Shown here: positions 48,515 through 62,212 of the stretch, in pieces
Layout: each line of letters starts with the position of its first letter
Position numbering within the stretch: position 1 is the first letter of the stretch
Origin: Octopus sinensis
Taxonomy: Eukaryota
Assembly: GCF_006345805.1 (NCBI RefSeq)
Contig: NC_043009.1
Location: forward strand, 18,290,001-18,354,000
Length of the DNA stretch: 64,000 bases
Direction: 5' to 3'
Notes under the pieces: model-generated
The model's input: only the letters and a program-made list of their open reading frames with translations
What the model was told of the DNA's origin: nothing
Database searches by the model: none
Translations under genes and position numbers: made by a program

Positions 48515-49859
48515 TTGAATTGTAATAATATTTATATTTTCATATACAACTTTTTCACTGATCTCGGTTCTGCTTATGGCTGGGGATATTGGCCGAGTAA
48601 TACAGGCATTGATGTAGCGGATATTTTAAATTTAGTCTCTTCGGTAGATCTACTTGACGAGGACCAATCAGTTTTTCTATAACGAATACTCGAGTTCTAG
48701 GTTGTCCATTTCTCTGGCGTTCTTCCAAGAGACAAGACGAAATTTTATTTATATTCGCCGCTCGCACACATCTTTGCCTCTATGCATTCAGTAAAGCTTT
48801 ATCTACCGTCGAACGATTATCGACTGCTATTTCCAGTAAAAATTGTACCTTGTGGCGCCACTATTTCCTGTATATGTGTGTGTGTGTGTGTGTGTGAAGA
48901 GAGAGAGAGGGAGAGAGAGAGAGTGGAGTGAGTGGAGTGAGTGGAAGAGAGAGACAAACAGACACATATAGATTTTGGTAGGGTTACCATACATCCCAAG
49001 TTGACAGAATTGACCCAGTTACGCAAAACTGTCCCACCATTCCGTCCGGTTTCAAATTGCATTTTTCTTTTTGATAACACAAGAAAGAAGACCTATTTGG
49101 AAATTTCTACTTTTTCTAAACTCTAAACCTCATGCACGCGGGCAATTACAAGCATTTTGCATTCATTCTAAAAAAAATTCAATTTATCTTTTTATTTATT
49201 TTTGCATTGCAAAAAATGGTGAGGACAATTATCAAAGAACTCTAAAATGGATTTCTTAAAAGAAAAAAAGAAAAGATGAAAATCAATTACTGCTTTGCAG
49301 AATTCATAAATAAAAGAAATGATGCGGCTTGTTGCCACCAAGAAAGCCACATTGACTTCAGTTTCAAAACATTTTACCTTACTTCAGCCAATGTTTTGTC
49401 TAAACACGTTTAGAGCCCTAAGTTTTATCTAATGCGAACAAAACACGAAGCTATTATTTTGAACGTCACTGTCACTAATGTCTAAATCTGAATGCGTTAA
49501 AAACTTGGAAGGAGCAAACTTTGTGACACAAAATATTCAACAGTGCAGTCACAGACATACAAAAAAAGTAGGAAGAATGTGGTAGGAACAAGTGGTAGCT
49601 CTAGCATTCTGCATCAGCCAGTGAAAGTTTCAGCCAGAAAATCGTTAGAATGCGTAATGCATTTTTCATCATATACATAATGATATAGTTTTTATATAAT
49701 AAATTTAATTTACAGCTACTTCTCAATGTAATAACAAAGTTACAATAATCTAAAAAATGAGACATGTCCATGCGAACGTCAATACATGCTGCACACGCTA
49801 CACACCAGTACTTCTCCTGTCTAGACGTTCAACCACGAAAGGAAGAGCAACGTCTTCAA

Positions 49860-50900
49860 GACTGATGTTTAAGCATGTCGCCAATTCATGGCAATTTTGC
49901 TAAATTGTCCAGTCTATTGTCCATCATGAAGTTCACAGATACATCCTGATTATATCTACAACTTAGGAAACCTGTGCTCGCAGCCCATGCTACTTGCAAA
50001 AAGCGATGCACCAAGTTGAAGCAGTTTGAAAAGTTAGTTTAAAGTTATCCCCGCAGAGATTCAAAAACTCGAGTAAGTCGATGGATGAGTTTAAGATATG
50101 TCTTCCGCTCGATCAGACGTTTTCATTGTGGCACTCTGTCAGCCGATACTTTTGCTATGAAACTACCTTTGGAATTAAGATGGGAAAGGCCCTTCATAAA
50201 ATAACAGTTTACTGCCAAATGTGGTGTCGGCGCTCAAAGCCAAGTCAATCAAAACTGAGAATGGCGGTCTCCCGTTGAGAGTATCTTCAGTAATCGAGTA
50301 CTCCAAATTCTGTGACAATTTGCATCGTCATTTTGACTTCTCCTAAATCAGGAGTTTGTCTTTATCACGCTGAATGAGTTGTGCTTTATCGCTTAACGTA
50401 TACTCTTGCCCTCTACCTTATTTCGATCGACATCAAGATTTTCAATAAAACTGGTTCACTTGGTGCATTCATATCCGTTGAAGATGGCAGCATCTTCACC
50501 AGAGAATTCATAGAACATTCGAAACCATGGCTTTAACAAGGCATTTCACTTTCTGTACTTTCAGCCCCTCTGAATGCAATATTTCGTGCTTTATCTTTTA
50601 GCACTACTTTCGCTCTAATTTTCTTCCATTTTCCCCCCTCAATCATCCATTGCTTTCTCCTTTACTACTTTCCGTCTACGCATGTGCTCTGACGTTGTTT
50701 CTTTTCAATAGATTCTAGTCACACGGTCTTCTATTTTCCCCCTTTTATCTCAAGCTTGTTAAAGGGATTTGTCCAAAAGGTCGGAAATGTAAGAAATGAT
50801 TGCAAACTTTCATGTGGGAGATAGAGATGTTTCCTTCTGGCCAATACCATCATGGGTGCATATAAACTTTTGATTTATGATCTCCACTATTTCAATCTAA
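49860..50900 (-). pseudogene. hAT transposase C-terminal remnant
   Basis: LFKLLQLGASLFASSMGCEHRFPKL, then YL*TS..DNRLDNLAKIAMN (hAT dimerisation-domain pattern); many stops upstream. Confidence 0.7.
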
Positions 50901-51721
50901 AAATGAAGCAAGCAACACACAAAATTTAGCTTATGTCTAGTACAAGATAACTAAATATAAGTTCGAGGAAAACTAAAAATATATGTACTATAATTTATTG
51001 AATTTAAGTATTACAACAAACAAACATACAAACAGCTTTTCTTAGACGAATATAGTATGACGTTGAGAATATGTATTATCAGTGATATTATTATTACGTT
51101 TCTCTCAATCCTCATCTCTATATTAATTCCCCCACCCCCCGCCTTTATCAACAATTTCTATAGAAGTAAACTGCTGTGGCTATTATCTGGAACTGACGTT
51201 CATAGGTATTTACTGCCTGAATAGTTAAAATCTCATTCATTATTACAAATAGTAATTCATTTCTTATTGTTAATTGCAGGTAGTAAGCTAATCAATTATT
51301 GTATGAATTCACGTGATTTATATGTATAAACTGACGTACATATTGGTCAAATGGGTCCACTAGTTATTGAAACGAGCGTAACCTTAATAAAGTTATATAA
51401 TACCAGATTCTTCATTCCTTAACCTGTTTACTATGTGCATGTGTATGTGCGCGCGCATGTGTATTATATAGACATAAACTAGACCATTCTTATCTTAGTG
51501 TGAACAGATATTTATGCCATACCTTGATTGAATATTCTAATTACTTTAATCACATTATACTCACATGGCCGTCAGAACTTGTTTTTATGGACATGTTTTC
51601 TCAAGCGAACGCTAATTTGCATGCTTACATCAGCATGTTATCATAAATGTGTGTATGCTTGTATAAGTATGCACCGAATATGAATGCACATCTCTGTATT
51701 TGTGTGTTATTCGGTCCTGGT

Positions 51722-52082
51722 CAGGTTGATGCGCTTCTGCAACTGCATAATTGGGACTTACAGTTCAAATTTATCAAGAAATACCTGCAGTGGGGGCTAA
51801 CAACAACGATAAGATTATTAACTCTTGTATAAAATTTGCCGCTTTAAAACAACTGTTACTAAAAAAACTTGCTGCTCTCTACACTATGGACTATTGTGTC
51901 ATTGAATGGGTCTTGACTTTCAGCATTGGTATCATTTCTGGGTAATTTCTGGGTGGGTGTTGGTTTTAATAAACACTAAATTGGTCTTTTAAATAAAGCT
52001 TCCATTATCTCCGAGAGAAGCTGGCTTACAGGAGGCAATTGATTTATATCCGTACACCAAGTTTGCGCTGGCGGCAAGATGC
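51722..52082. repeat. 361-bp duplicated segment (copy 2)
   Basis: Direct repeat of 45130-45490; both copies end GCGCTGGCGGCAAGATGC at a dinucleotide microsatellite. Confidence 0.97.
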
Positions 52083-52309
52083 ACACTTTCTCTCCTCGCT
52101 CTCTCTCTCTCTCTTTCTTTCTCTCTCTCCTCTCTCTCTCTCTCATATACACACACATACATACGCCCCTTGGCACACAAACACACACGCACACACACAC
52201 CCACAAAGAAACACACAGGAGAGAAAGGGTGATAGATTGATAGATATATGTATTCATACATGTACATATATACTTAGGGTTATGTGTGTGTGTATGTGTG
52301 TGTGTGTGT

Positions 52310-53010
52310 GTATCTATAGAGCCATTTCCGCTCTATCGGTCATTCACTATAACACCTGTGTTCGGACTATCTTTTCACAGGGGCCATCCGCATCCCCGCC
52401 TTTGCCGTGATCAGAAATTAATCTTATCTCTTTGCTCTTTTGCGCCATATGGGTTCAACTCCCCTTTTCTCTTCATTTGACTCCCCTCTTCTCATTTCAT
52501 CTGACACCTACTTCCTCTCTTCCCTCCTATAACCTTCTCTCTTCGTTGATACCACCGCCACCCGAACCCCACACACTAGCACTGACCATTTCCCAGCACC
52601 CACACCACACACCATCACCCGCACACCCACACACTATCATCCACACACCCCCACACAATCTTCTAAAGCGTCACCACACACCATTATATGAGCTGCCACA
52701 CGTTACAGACGCACACACCCGCACACGTCAAAGTCACTAGCTCCTATCCGCTCACACACACATTCTCAAATGCACACACACGCACCTTAGTTTTAGGATC
52801 ACGAATACTTTATTATCTCCCCTTCTTTCAACCTCTTCTTTCAAACTTTGACCGCTAAATCCACAAGTTTTTTTTTATTCTCTCTCTGTTTATTTTCTCT
52901 TATTCCTTTCTGTTGAAGAGCGTAGGCTCAAAACGTAAAAAGCTTTTTCACTTTCCCGAGTGTCAGACTAACACACCTACTTTTTATTCATACACCTATC
53001 TTGAATGCAT
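52310..53010 (+). mobile_element. PLE 3' end: endonuclease C-terminus, 3' UTR and decayed HHR (52906-52942)
   Basis: PVFGLSFHRG..RDQKLILSLCSFAPYGFNSPFLFI*; CTTT-CTGTTGA-A-GAGC(GTAG)GCTC-AAA-ACGT-A (G12A). Confidence 0.8.
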
Positions 53011-54089
53011 GCAAACAAACGCACACACATGCGCACAAACAGTCAAAAGGAACGCAGCTCCAATAATGGACAGAGTCAACATCCATTGAAACGAAAATTT
53101 TGGAAGAAAAATTATAAATAATAAATGAATGGAATCGAACCGGTGCGTGTGTTAGATAATAAGGTATTAAGACAATATGACTCTCCCCAGACACAACAAT
53201 ATATATATAATTACATCAAGGATAGTAAATCCTCTTAAAGGGATGTTACCATTCAAGTTCCACAGTTATATGTAAAAATTAGAACAAACAGCAAAAGGTT
53301 GTCAATAGAGTACTCAGAAAGAGCTACGATATATTTCGTCGGCGATTAATGGCAACAGACGCTACGAAAAATCACTAGATAAAAGGGAAGTAACTCTAAT
53401 AGGTGGAAAAAGAAAAAGATTAAAATATAAAAATATATATGAATAAGCACACAACCATATCCTCACAATACATAGACAGAAACTTACTGCGTTCACAATG
53501 TCTACATACGTACGCACTCACACAAACATGTATACGTACATGCTCACACACACACGTACAAACATATATGTACGTACTCATACATACACACATATCCACA
53601 CACACACGCACACGTGTACATGTATATATATATATATGTATATAGGTACGCAACCTCATCCTCATATACACATAGGTGTTTACATGCATACACGTAATAT
53701 AATACAACATATACCTTTACACAAATATCAGTATATATATATACACACACATACACCCTCCCACCACACACCTACATCCGCACATATACAAACCTATGCA
53801 TATCCATATAAGTGCCTGAAAATCGCACATATGCACCAGACACAGTCTTACACTCATATAATACATATATGGGCATACACACGCACCCACATAATATAAT
53901 ATATATACACACATATACACACACACACGTACGCACTTCGACAATTAAAAAGGAAAAAGGAAAAAACGAAAAAATATAAATTAAAAATTAATGGGAGTTA
54001 AAACATATGGGAAAGTTTGTGCAGGAACATAATAGAAATGTGGATTCTATCCATGATCCTGGGGGACCCAAAACAGAAGCAGGTATTTT

Positions 54090-54980
54090 GTGATATATGG
54101 ACATGAACCAAAGAGTTCAGTTCTTGAATTTAAACATGTAGCAGGGTCTAAAGAACTTTTCCAGATGAGCCATCTTTCCATATTACAACGATTGTACTTG
54201 CCACTACCGTTTACATTTGGCTAAGATCTTCCAGTAAATCCTGTAGTTATTTTAAGAACCGTATATAACTGGATAATTTGGTAGTCTTTCGTTTATTCTA
54301 GTGCCTGGAGCTTAATGTGTGATTGTTGAATCTTGCTTTGAAATTTCCCGATGTGAGACCCATTATTATTAGCATTCGTAAAATTTACAGTGGCTTCATA
54401 CATAATCGCCTCGGTCATACAGGCCCCATTTAGTGGGCACAGGTCTTTATCCCTGCAGGAACAGCCGGTTTCGTGGTGTGTTGTATTGTGCGTAATTATG
54501 CCTTTAAAGTTTGGGGTGGAACTCAAACTAATTTTTAGGTTATGCCTAATAGTTGGGGTGTAACCTATTTCCTCTTTAAATTCACTAGCTTTAAGGGCAT
54601 TGTTATATAGTGGGGCAGCATCATTAAATATGTTTATATTGGAGGAGAGGCTAGAAATTCTTCTTAACTAAATTCTTTAAAATTATAGTGGGTGGGGTGG
54701 CAGGAATCTACATTGGTATAACAAAATCTATCGTTGGGCATTCTATAGGGTTTGTAAATATTCTTTTGCAAATCTAGAGATACGTCAAGGAAATTGACAA
54801 CAGTCAGGTTGGTATCTATTGGTATTCTTAGTTAAAGCTAAAGCATCGTTCCTATAAATAGCTGGTGTATATTTCGCGATTTATTGGGACGTTGCTCTAG
54901 ACCAGAAATAAAGAAAAGGAAACGTAGACACAGGAAAATTATTCTGGTTTACAGCGCCTTACTCTCCTGAAGTAAATATT
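54090..54980 (-). pseudogene. PLE RT + GIY-YIG fragment with deletions and an inverted linker piece
   Basis: AIYRNDA, VVNFLDVSLDL, YKPYRMPND, SCHPP, CSCRDKDLCPLNGACM, KLSSYI, YWKIL, LNSRTEL on minus; KRKRRHRKII-WFTAPYS on plus at 54902-54975. Confidence 0.9.
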
Positions 54981-55078
54981 TCTTGTCACTCATAGATAGA
55001 CGTCTTCCAATATATCACAAATATAGAAAACTCTTTAATAGGCATATATACTCACACACAGGTCCACCACGCACACGT

Positions 55079-55166
<88 letters not shown>

Positions 55167-55167
<1 letters not shown>

Positions 55168-55337
55168 GGTTAGCAGAGTTAGAGGCTGGAATAACCGTCT
55201 AAGGGGTAAAAAAATTCGTTTTACTCATGTTAACCCCGGACATATATATGCAAGTAAATTATACTCATAGGTCACAAGCAATGACAAGGATAAACATGAA
55301 TTTATCAGGAATCAAATTAGAAGTAAACAGAAACTTG

Positions 55338-55373
<36 letters not shown>

Positions 55374-55455
55374 TTTTAAGTAAAGCATATTACTCTACCT
55401 CTGTTATTTGAGTACTCTTATTTCCACCTTGTTTCACATTTATGTGCTTACTCCG

Positions 55456-55497
<42 letters not shown>

Positions 55498-55665
55498 CAA
55501 GTTTCTGTTTACTTCTAATTTGATTCCTGATAAATTCATGTTTATCCTTGTCATTGCTTGTGACCTATGAGTATAATTTACTTGCATATATATGTCCGGG
55601 GTTAACATGAGTAAAACGAATTTTTTTACCCCTTAGACGGTTATTCCAGCCTCTAACTCTGCTAA

Positions 55666-55668
<3 letters not shown>
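55167..55668. repeat. perfect 175-bp inverted repeat
   Basis: 55167-55341 and 55494-55668 are exact reverse complements by eye; the flanking (CA)n(TA)n / (TA)n(TG)n tracts are mirrored too. Confidence 0.95.
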
Positions 55669-55758
<90 letters not shown>

Positions 55759-55782
55759 GTGTGCGCGCGCGCGCGCGTGTGT

Positions 55783-56030
55783 ATCAAAATAAGCAAGAAG
55801 GATGTCCAGAGGTAATGCAGTACGATCATTTCATGCAACTCCATTTAATTTAACAATGCTATCATTACATCAATTTAAAATACATACTGGCTTCACTCCA
55901 GCATAGAAGTGTGACATTACCTTTGGATATCCTTGTTGCTTATTTTGATTTTAATCACCTTACTTTGAAATTGTATGGATAATACCGTACTAAATTCTGG
56001 TGCCTCAACTTAAGTACCATATTCGTCTGA
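55783..56030 (+). mobile_element. PLE-type tail with an inverted junction (paralogue of 37738-37870)
   Basis: atcaaaataagcaagaaggatgtcca ... tggatatccttgttgcttattttgat; carries the empty TTAA site at 56010-56013. Confidence 0.65.
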
Positions 56031-56043
56031 ATCTATCTATCTA

Positions 56044-56103
<60 letters not shown>

Positions 56104-57019
56104 CATATATACATACATATATGTACATACCTACATATATTTGTATATATTCATGCATATATGGGTACAGAACATCAAAAAAACTTAGACACAGCGAAAA
56201 ACAAAAACATAGAAAACGAACTTTTTTCGAACAACGAAAAATAACCCAAAAAACAGAAAACCGAGACATGCAACATAAAGAACATTCCCTTCATCAGTTG
56301 TCCTTGTTTCATCGAAGCTAAGGACAATATGATACAAGAACTGTTTATTTAATAGCCAACATTTAACCGATATTGCAGTAGTGAGTGACTTTGAAATCTG
56401 AAGTTTTTAAACTCCTGAAGATCAATTTAATTTGTTGCTGACCATTACCAATATGTGCTGCGCTAGCAGAATAAGTAAAAATTCAAATTCTAACCAAACC
56501 ATGAGGTTTCGATAGCTGAAGTGGCACACCAACTAGTGAACATTGGGTCACATCAATAATGCTTATCTCTAAAATTTCAATGAGAAATTTAGGACTGTAG
56601 GTTAATCGATTCACTAGAACATCAGGCAAATAGCCTTCCCGTATTTGTTTCAACCTTTACGTTTTCAGTTCAAATTCTGTCGATATCAACTCTCATCGTC
56701 TTCGTGTTGAGAAAAATATGTACGAGTTCAGTTTTGGAGATGATATATCGACAATTCTCTATCTCCGAATGTCTGATCTTTTGCCTATACAAGAAATCAA
56801 ATATTCTATAATACATCCAACAAGAACAAACACTTATCTATTATTCAGATGTACTAGTTTAAAGATATAAGAAAAACCAAGCTTTAATATCTTGAATTAA
56901 TCTGTGCTGATGGGGCTTGACAAAGCATAAATAGGACCATACACGGATAAAAAAAAAAAGCAGGACAAGAACTTTCCGTGGCGTATATATTCCCCATGTG
57001 AATGGGACGCCGGTTCGTC

Positions 57020-57170
57020 GCAGAATTACTTATTTTTGACAGCTGAGTGGACAGGAGCAACGTCAAATGAAGTGTCTTGCTTAAGAACACAACGCCTTGC
57101 CCGGTCCAGTAATCAAAACCAGCCTTACAATCATGTGTCCAATGCCCTAACCACTACGTGACGCGTCTCC
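57020..57170 (-). mobile_element. tRNA-derived SINE, third family, decayed
   Basis: Minus strand ggagacgcgtcacgtagtggttagggcattggac head, then gtgttcttaagcaagacactt (CORE/V-like block). Confidence 0.6.
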
Positions 57171-58362
57171 ACATACACAGATGTTCTGGTCAAAATAAAG
57201 ATTCTTACGATGAAATATGTATGCTCTTCTCTTTCCTTTCTTTCTTCCGAGGGGAAAAATAAGTAAATAAATAAAGAAAGAAAGAAACTTTCGGACTTAA
57301 AAACTAGAAAAAAAGTAATTCATCTTAAAACTAGAAAAGAAAAGTGATTCATCTATTTGTATGCTGATCTCTCTCACTTTCTCCCTCTCTTTCTATCTCT
57401 CCCGCTCTCTCTCTCTCTCACTGCCATGATAACACATCCAGCAAGCAACAAACACATAGATATCATTCATACAATTTCTCCCAGACAATGGTCCACATTA
57501 AAAGGAATAACGCTAAAGACAAAGGTTTCTGCAAACATTTTCCTGCTCGCTGTAATTCAATGTCAAAAATATCCAGTTGGTTGGGATTCAGTGTCAAGCA
57601 TCAACAAACTAACTCTTTATATGCTTTACCGAAACAAAGCAAATTTCGAGTGAATAAATTTTCCCTTTGTGAAATTACGCTAAAATCACGTTGCTAGTTG
57701 ATGTAGACATTTCACCATCTGTTTGCTTTTGTCTACGAAAGAGAGCAAAGAGGAAAACTGGTTGCAAATGCAACAAATATGACGGTCAAAGAGAGATAAT
57801 TAAATAAATATATAAAAAATAAATAAAATTGGGTTGCTGCATCCAGCTGCTTAGGAAACATAAAACCGTTCGCCATGAAGCGTGAATAAAGTCTCAAGGC
57901 CAACTTGATGAAATAAAAGCTGGCTGGCTCCTTACTAGAAAACAACTGTTAAACAGCAGCTTTAGGTGATAGGGAAGAGAAGATTGAAAGAGGCGGCGAA
58001 AGAGATAAAGAGGGAAAGAGAAAGAGGGGGAAAGGGGAGAGAGAACGAGAAATAGAAAGAGACACAGAGAGGCAAAGAGAGAAAGAGGTAGAGTTGTATA
58101 AGCAATATAAACATATAGTGCATTCCATGTTCTGTCACATGCTCTCCAGTCTTTCATTAGAGTAACAGATTTCTGCAAAACGTTACTATATTGCAAATCT
58201 ATCTCCCTTGTGCATAAACAAGGCCTTTCGGATTTATTGCGTGCCACACACACACGCACGCACACGCACACGCACACACACACACATATACATAAATACG
58301 CACTCATATTCATGTATGTATGTATATGTGTGTGCATCTCTGTGTGGGTATGTATGTATATA

Positions 58363-58722
58363 TAGCTGTCTGGTAAGAAGCTTGCTTCCCAACCACATGG
58401 TTCCAGATTCAGTTCCACTGCGACGCACCTTGGGCAAATGCCTTCTACTATAGCCTCGTGCCGACCAAAGCCTTGTGAATGGATTTCGTAGACGGAAATT
58501 GAAAGAAGCCCATCGTATATATATATGTATATATACATGTGTGTCTGTGTCTGATGCTGGTGTGTTTACGCCTTAGTAGTTCAGCCAATGAGACCGATAG
58601 AATAAGTACTAGGTTTACAAAGAATAAGTCCTGGGGTCGATTTCTTCGACTAAAACCCTTTAAGGCGGTGTTCAGGCATGACCGCAGTCAAATGACTAAA
58701 ACACGTAAAACAATAAAAGAAT
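58363..58722 (+). mobile_element. SINE family A
   Basis: Matches the consensus with a short internal deletion. Confidence 0.85.
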
Positions 58723-58743
58723 ATATGTATGTATGTATGTGTG

Positions 58744-58800
<57 letters not shown>

Positions 58801-59172
58801 TTATTTATTTATATAAATCAAAAGTGGAACAGAAAGAGCACAACATTGAGAAAAAAGCCAGCGGAAATCCAACAAAAGACATAGGGAAAGTTACACAATA
58901 ACATAACAAACGAAAACCTAGACAAAAACAAAATACACGAATCATCCGCAGCCGATTTCCTGGTCAGTCAATGTCCGGAATGTCCTAGCAGTTTTGCGCT
59001 TTTTCACATTGAGACCGCTCGATTCCGGCAAGTGCCAGAGCATTAAGCTTCTGGAAAAAGCAAACGAATGCATACAAGAACGAAAACAAGAACAAGAAAG
59101 CTAAAAAAAAATACTTATTCAATACAACGTGATGAAATAATACAAGTGCAACAGAAAAATAATTGTACATAT

Positions 59173-59317
59173 AGGCGCAGGATTGGCTGTGTACCAACCA
59201 TATGGTTCCGGATTCAGTCCCACAGGTGGCGCCTTGGACAAGTATCTTCTTTAGCTTCGGACCGACTAAAGCCTTGTGAATGGATTTAGCAGACGGAAAC
59301 TGAAAGAAGCCTGTCGT
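59173..59317 (+). mobile_element. SINE family A, 5' half
   Basis: aggcgcaggattggctgtgt..ggattcagtcccac..cggaaactgaaagaagcctgtcg. Confidence 0.8.
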
Positions 59318-59339
59318 ATATAAATATAGTTATAAACAT

Positions 59340-59407
<68 letters not shown>

Positions 59408-59429
59408 CACACACACACACACACACACA

Positions 59430-59485
<56 letters not shown>

Positions 59486-59582
59486 CGGAGATGTACTTGC
59501 AAAGCAAGTGACCTGATCTGAGATCGTGCGCTGAAACAAAAACAATTGAGCGTGGAAGGTGTTTATAAGCCACGGGTTGTAT

Positions 59583-59663
<81 letters not shown>

Positions 59664-59894
59664 TGTATGTATGTATGTATTTATATGTAAAAATGTTGAA
59701 TTAGATTCGTCCTTTAATTTGGAGGTTGCTAAAAAAGATTTCTAATATAGATTCTTCATCTTTTGCTGGTAGCTTCCTGGTGTAAAATTGCGAATATGAA
59801 GATAATACTTGTATATGGTGTGTTGTGAATTTATGGAAAGAAGTTCCACAAAATTCAACAATTTTGATAAAAATGGAGATGTTAAAATATATAC

Positions 59895-60200
59895 ACGAGG
59901 GGCGTTCAATAAGTAATGCCCCTGACCCACTTCCCATAGCAGTAGAGCACCCAGAGGAACCACCCAGAGTTACGCATTTCTCCCACCGTTTGATGCAGCT
60001 CTGGGGACCGCTTTTGTAGAAGACCCCAGCTTGGTCCTCCAACCACGACGTGACTTCAGAAATCAAGGCTGCATCATCTGGGAAACGCTTTCATTTCAAA
60101 AACAACTTTGGCTGGGAAGAGGTGAAAATCAGAGGGTGCAAGGTCAGGAATTCATAGCCGCACGCCTTTTTTTGTCAATTTCCTCCCACGATAATGTGGG
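59895..60200 (-). mobile_element. mariner 3' end (transposase C-terminus + TIR)
   Basis: PDLAPSDFHLFP..ISEVTSWLEDQAGVFYKSG..CIKRWEKCVTLGGS; TIR cacgaggggcgttcaataagtaatgcccctgac next to TA. Confidence 0.88.
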
Positions 60201-60442
60201 CAGAAACAGAATTTTCTCATACAATAAATTCCTCACTAAGTCCCTTAAAAAAACAAGTGCCTACCTTGCAGTTCTCATACAATAAATTCCTCACTAAGTC
60301 CCTTAAAAAAACAAGTGCCTACCCAACAGTTCTTCGATTCAAGACGGCCACCAACGCACGTCTTGACAGTGTTCAGTCCGATAAGTAAATAACAAACACG
60401 CATGAACTAAATAAAGTACAAAATAAATAGCTTCCCCACTTA

Positions 60443-60608
60443 AGGTGCAGGAGTGGCTGTGTGGTAAGTAGCTTGCTTACGAACCGCATGGTTCCGGGTT
60501 CAGTCCCACTGTGTGGCACCTTGGGCAAGTGTCTTCTGCTATAGCCTCGGGCCGACCAAAGCCTTGTGAGTGGATTTGGTAGACGGAAACTGAAAGAAGC
60601 CCGTCGTA

Positions 60609-60665
<57 letters not shown>

Positions 60666-60860
60666 GTATATGTGTTTGTCCCCCTAGCATTGCTTGACAA
60701 CCGATGCTGGTGTGTTTACGTCCCCGTAACTTAGCGGTTCGGCAAAAGAGACCGATAGAATGAGTCCTGGGGTCGATATGCTCGACTAAAGGCGGTGCTC
60801 CAGCATGGCCGCAGTCAAATGACTGAAACAGGTAAAAAGAGTAAAAAAAAAAAAAAAAAA
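60443..60860 (+). mobile_element. SINE family A, full length
   Basis: A-box TGGCTGTGTGG, B-box GGTTCAGTCCC, A-rich tail. Confidence 0.92.
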
Positions 60861-61342
60861 GAGTATATAATCAGTGTATATAATTATATACTATTTATAT
60901 AATTATATACTATTTATTTATTTCGTACTTTATTTAGTTCTAGGTAAATGTTTTATCGTATCTTTAATTTTTTCTATATGGTATGATTTAAGTATATCAT
61001 TGTCGAATACATGGTGGTTCTTCTCTAATTTATATGCATGTATTATATATTGTGAAATTAGATTTAGTATTACTAAGCTGAATTTTTCTCTGTAAGTTTG
61101 GAATCATATTCCCTAATATTATTAGTAAGTAAAGAGTATATATATATATATATATACTACAAAATTAGAAAATGGAGAAACATACTTAAATCAATCAAAC
61201 ATCAACCAACAGATGATACCCAATCAATACTTTATTACACCATTACATAACAGTAAAGGCATTATACAAAATATATTGTAAATATAATTAGACAAGGAAA
61301 TAGAAATATAAAATATAAAATATAATATGTAATTATATCATA

Positions 61343-61453
61343 TCTGACAGCTGTTTCGGCAGTAAGGGCAATCATGCCTCATTTAACCTATAAGCCATAT
61401 AAGGCAGGTATAAATGAGACATTAACAAGGATGCCCCACGGCCTCTTCAGAGA
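61343..61453 (-). ncRNA. type I minimal hammerhead ribozyme, canonical core
   Basis: Exact reverse complement of 62102-62212. Confidence 0.85.
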
Positions 61454-62101
61454 ATTTAATAAATTATAATTGTGAAAAAAATTTTTTTTTTCCCATATAC
61501 ATATCAATATAAAAATGTAAAATATAAAAACGTGTGCATAGACACCATAATACTACACATATATATATATATATTCATTAATACAATAATACAAGATATA
61601 CAAAACAAAAGAAAACAAAATATATATCAATATATATTAATAAGCTCAGTTAATAACCAAACACTTAGATATGTAGATATCCGATGGATGTACTTGGTGC
61701 AGACATAACTGTATCTATTATTATTATTATTATTATTATTAATATTTATAGTAATTATTATTGACTTTTACAGGTTTATAATTTTATGAACAGAAATATG
61801 GTTTTTTATTACTTTTCATGTATAAGTCTGATTTTAATTTAAATGTGAGTGTGCATATATCTTCTTGTGTGGTAGTTTTTAGAACTATTAACTCAATATG
61901 TAGAATAACTGAGCATATTAATATATATTGATATATATTTTGTTTTATTTTGTTTTGTGTATCTTGTATTATTGTATTAATGAATATATATATATATGTG
62001 TAGTATTATGGTGTCTATGCACACGTTTTTATATTTTACATTTTTATATTGATATGTATATGGAAAAAAAAATTTTTTTTCACAATTATAATTTATTAAA
62101 T

Positions 62102-62212
62102 TCTCTGAAGAGGCCGTGGGGCATCCTTGTTAATGTCTCATTTATACCTGCCTTATATGGCTTATAGGTTAAATGAGGCATGATTGCCCTTACTGCCGAA
62201 ACAGCTGTCAGA
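62102..62212 (+). ncRNA. type I minimal hammerhead ribozyme, canonical core
   Basis: TCT-CTGAAGA-GGC..(80 nt, GGGCA/TGCCC and ATGTCTCATTT/AAATGAGGCAT pairings)..GCC-GAA-ACAGCTGT-C-AGA; palindromic helix III, GUC site. Confidence 0.85.

Noticed and set aside
48350-48880. GCCACCAGCG and GTGGCGCCAC motifs suggesting CTCF sites or an LTR primer-binding site
   Set aside because: Only partial matches; no LTR pair, polypurine tract or gag/pol remnant nearby.
57733-57960. 70-aa minus-strand ORF in unique sequence
   Set aside because: No recognisable domain, weak splice signals, runs into AT-rich low-complexity sequence.
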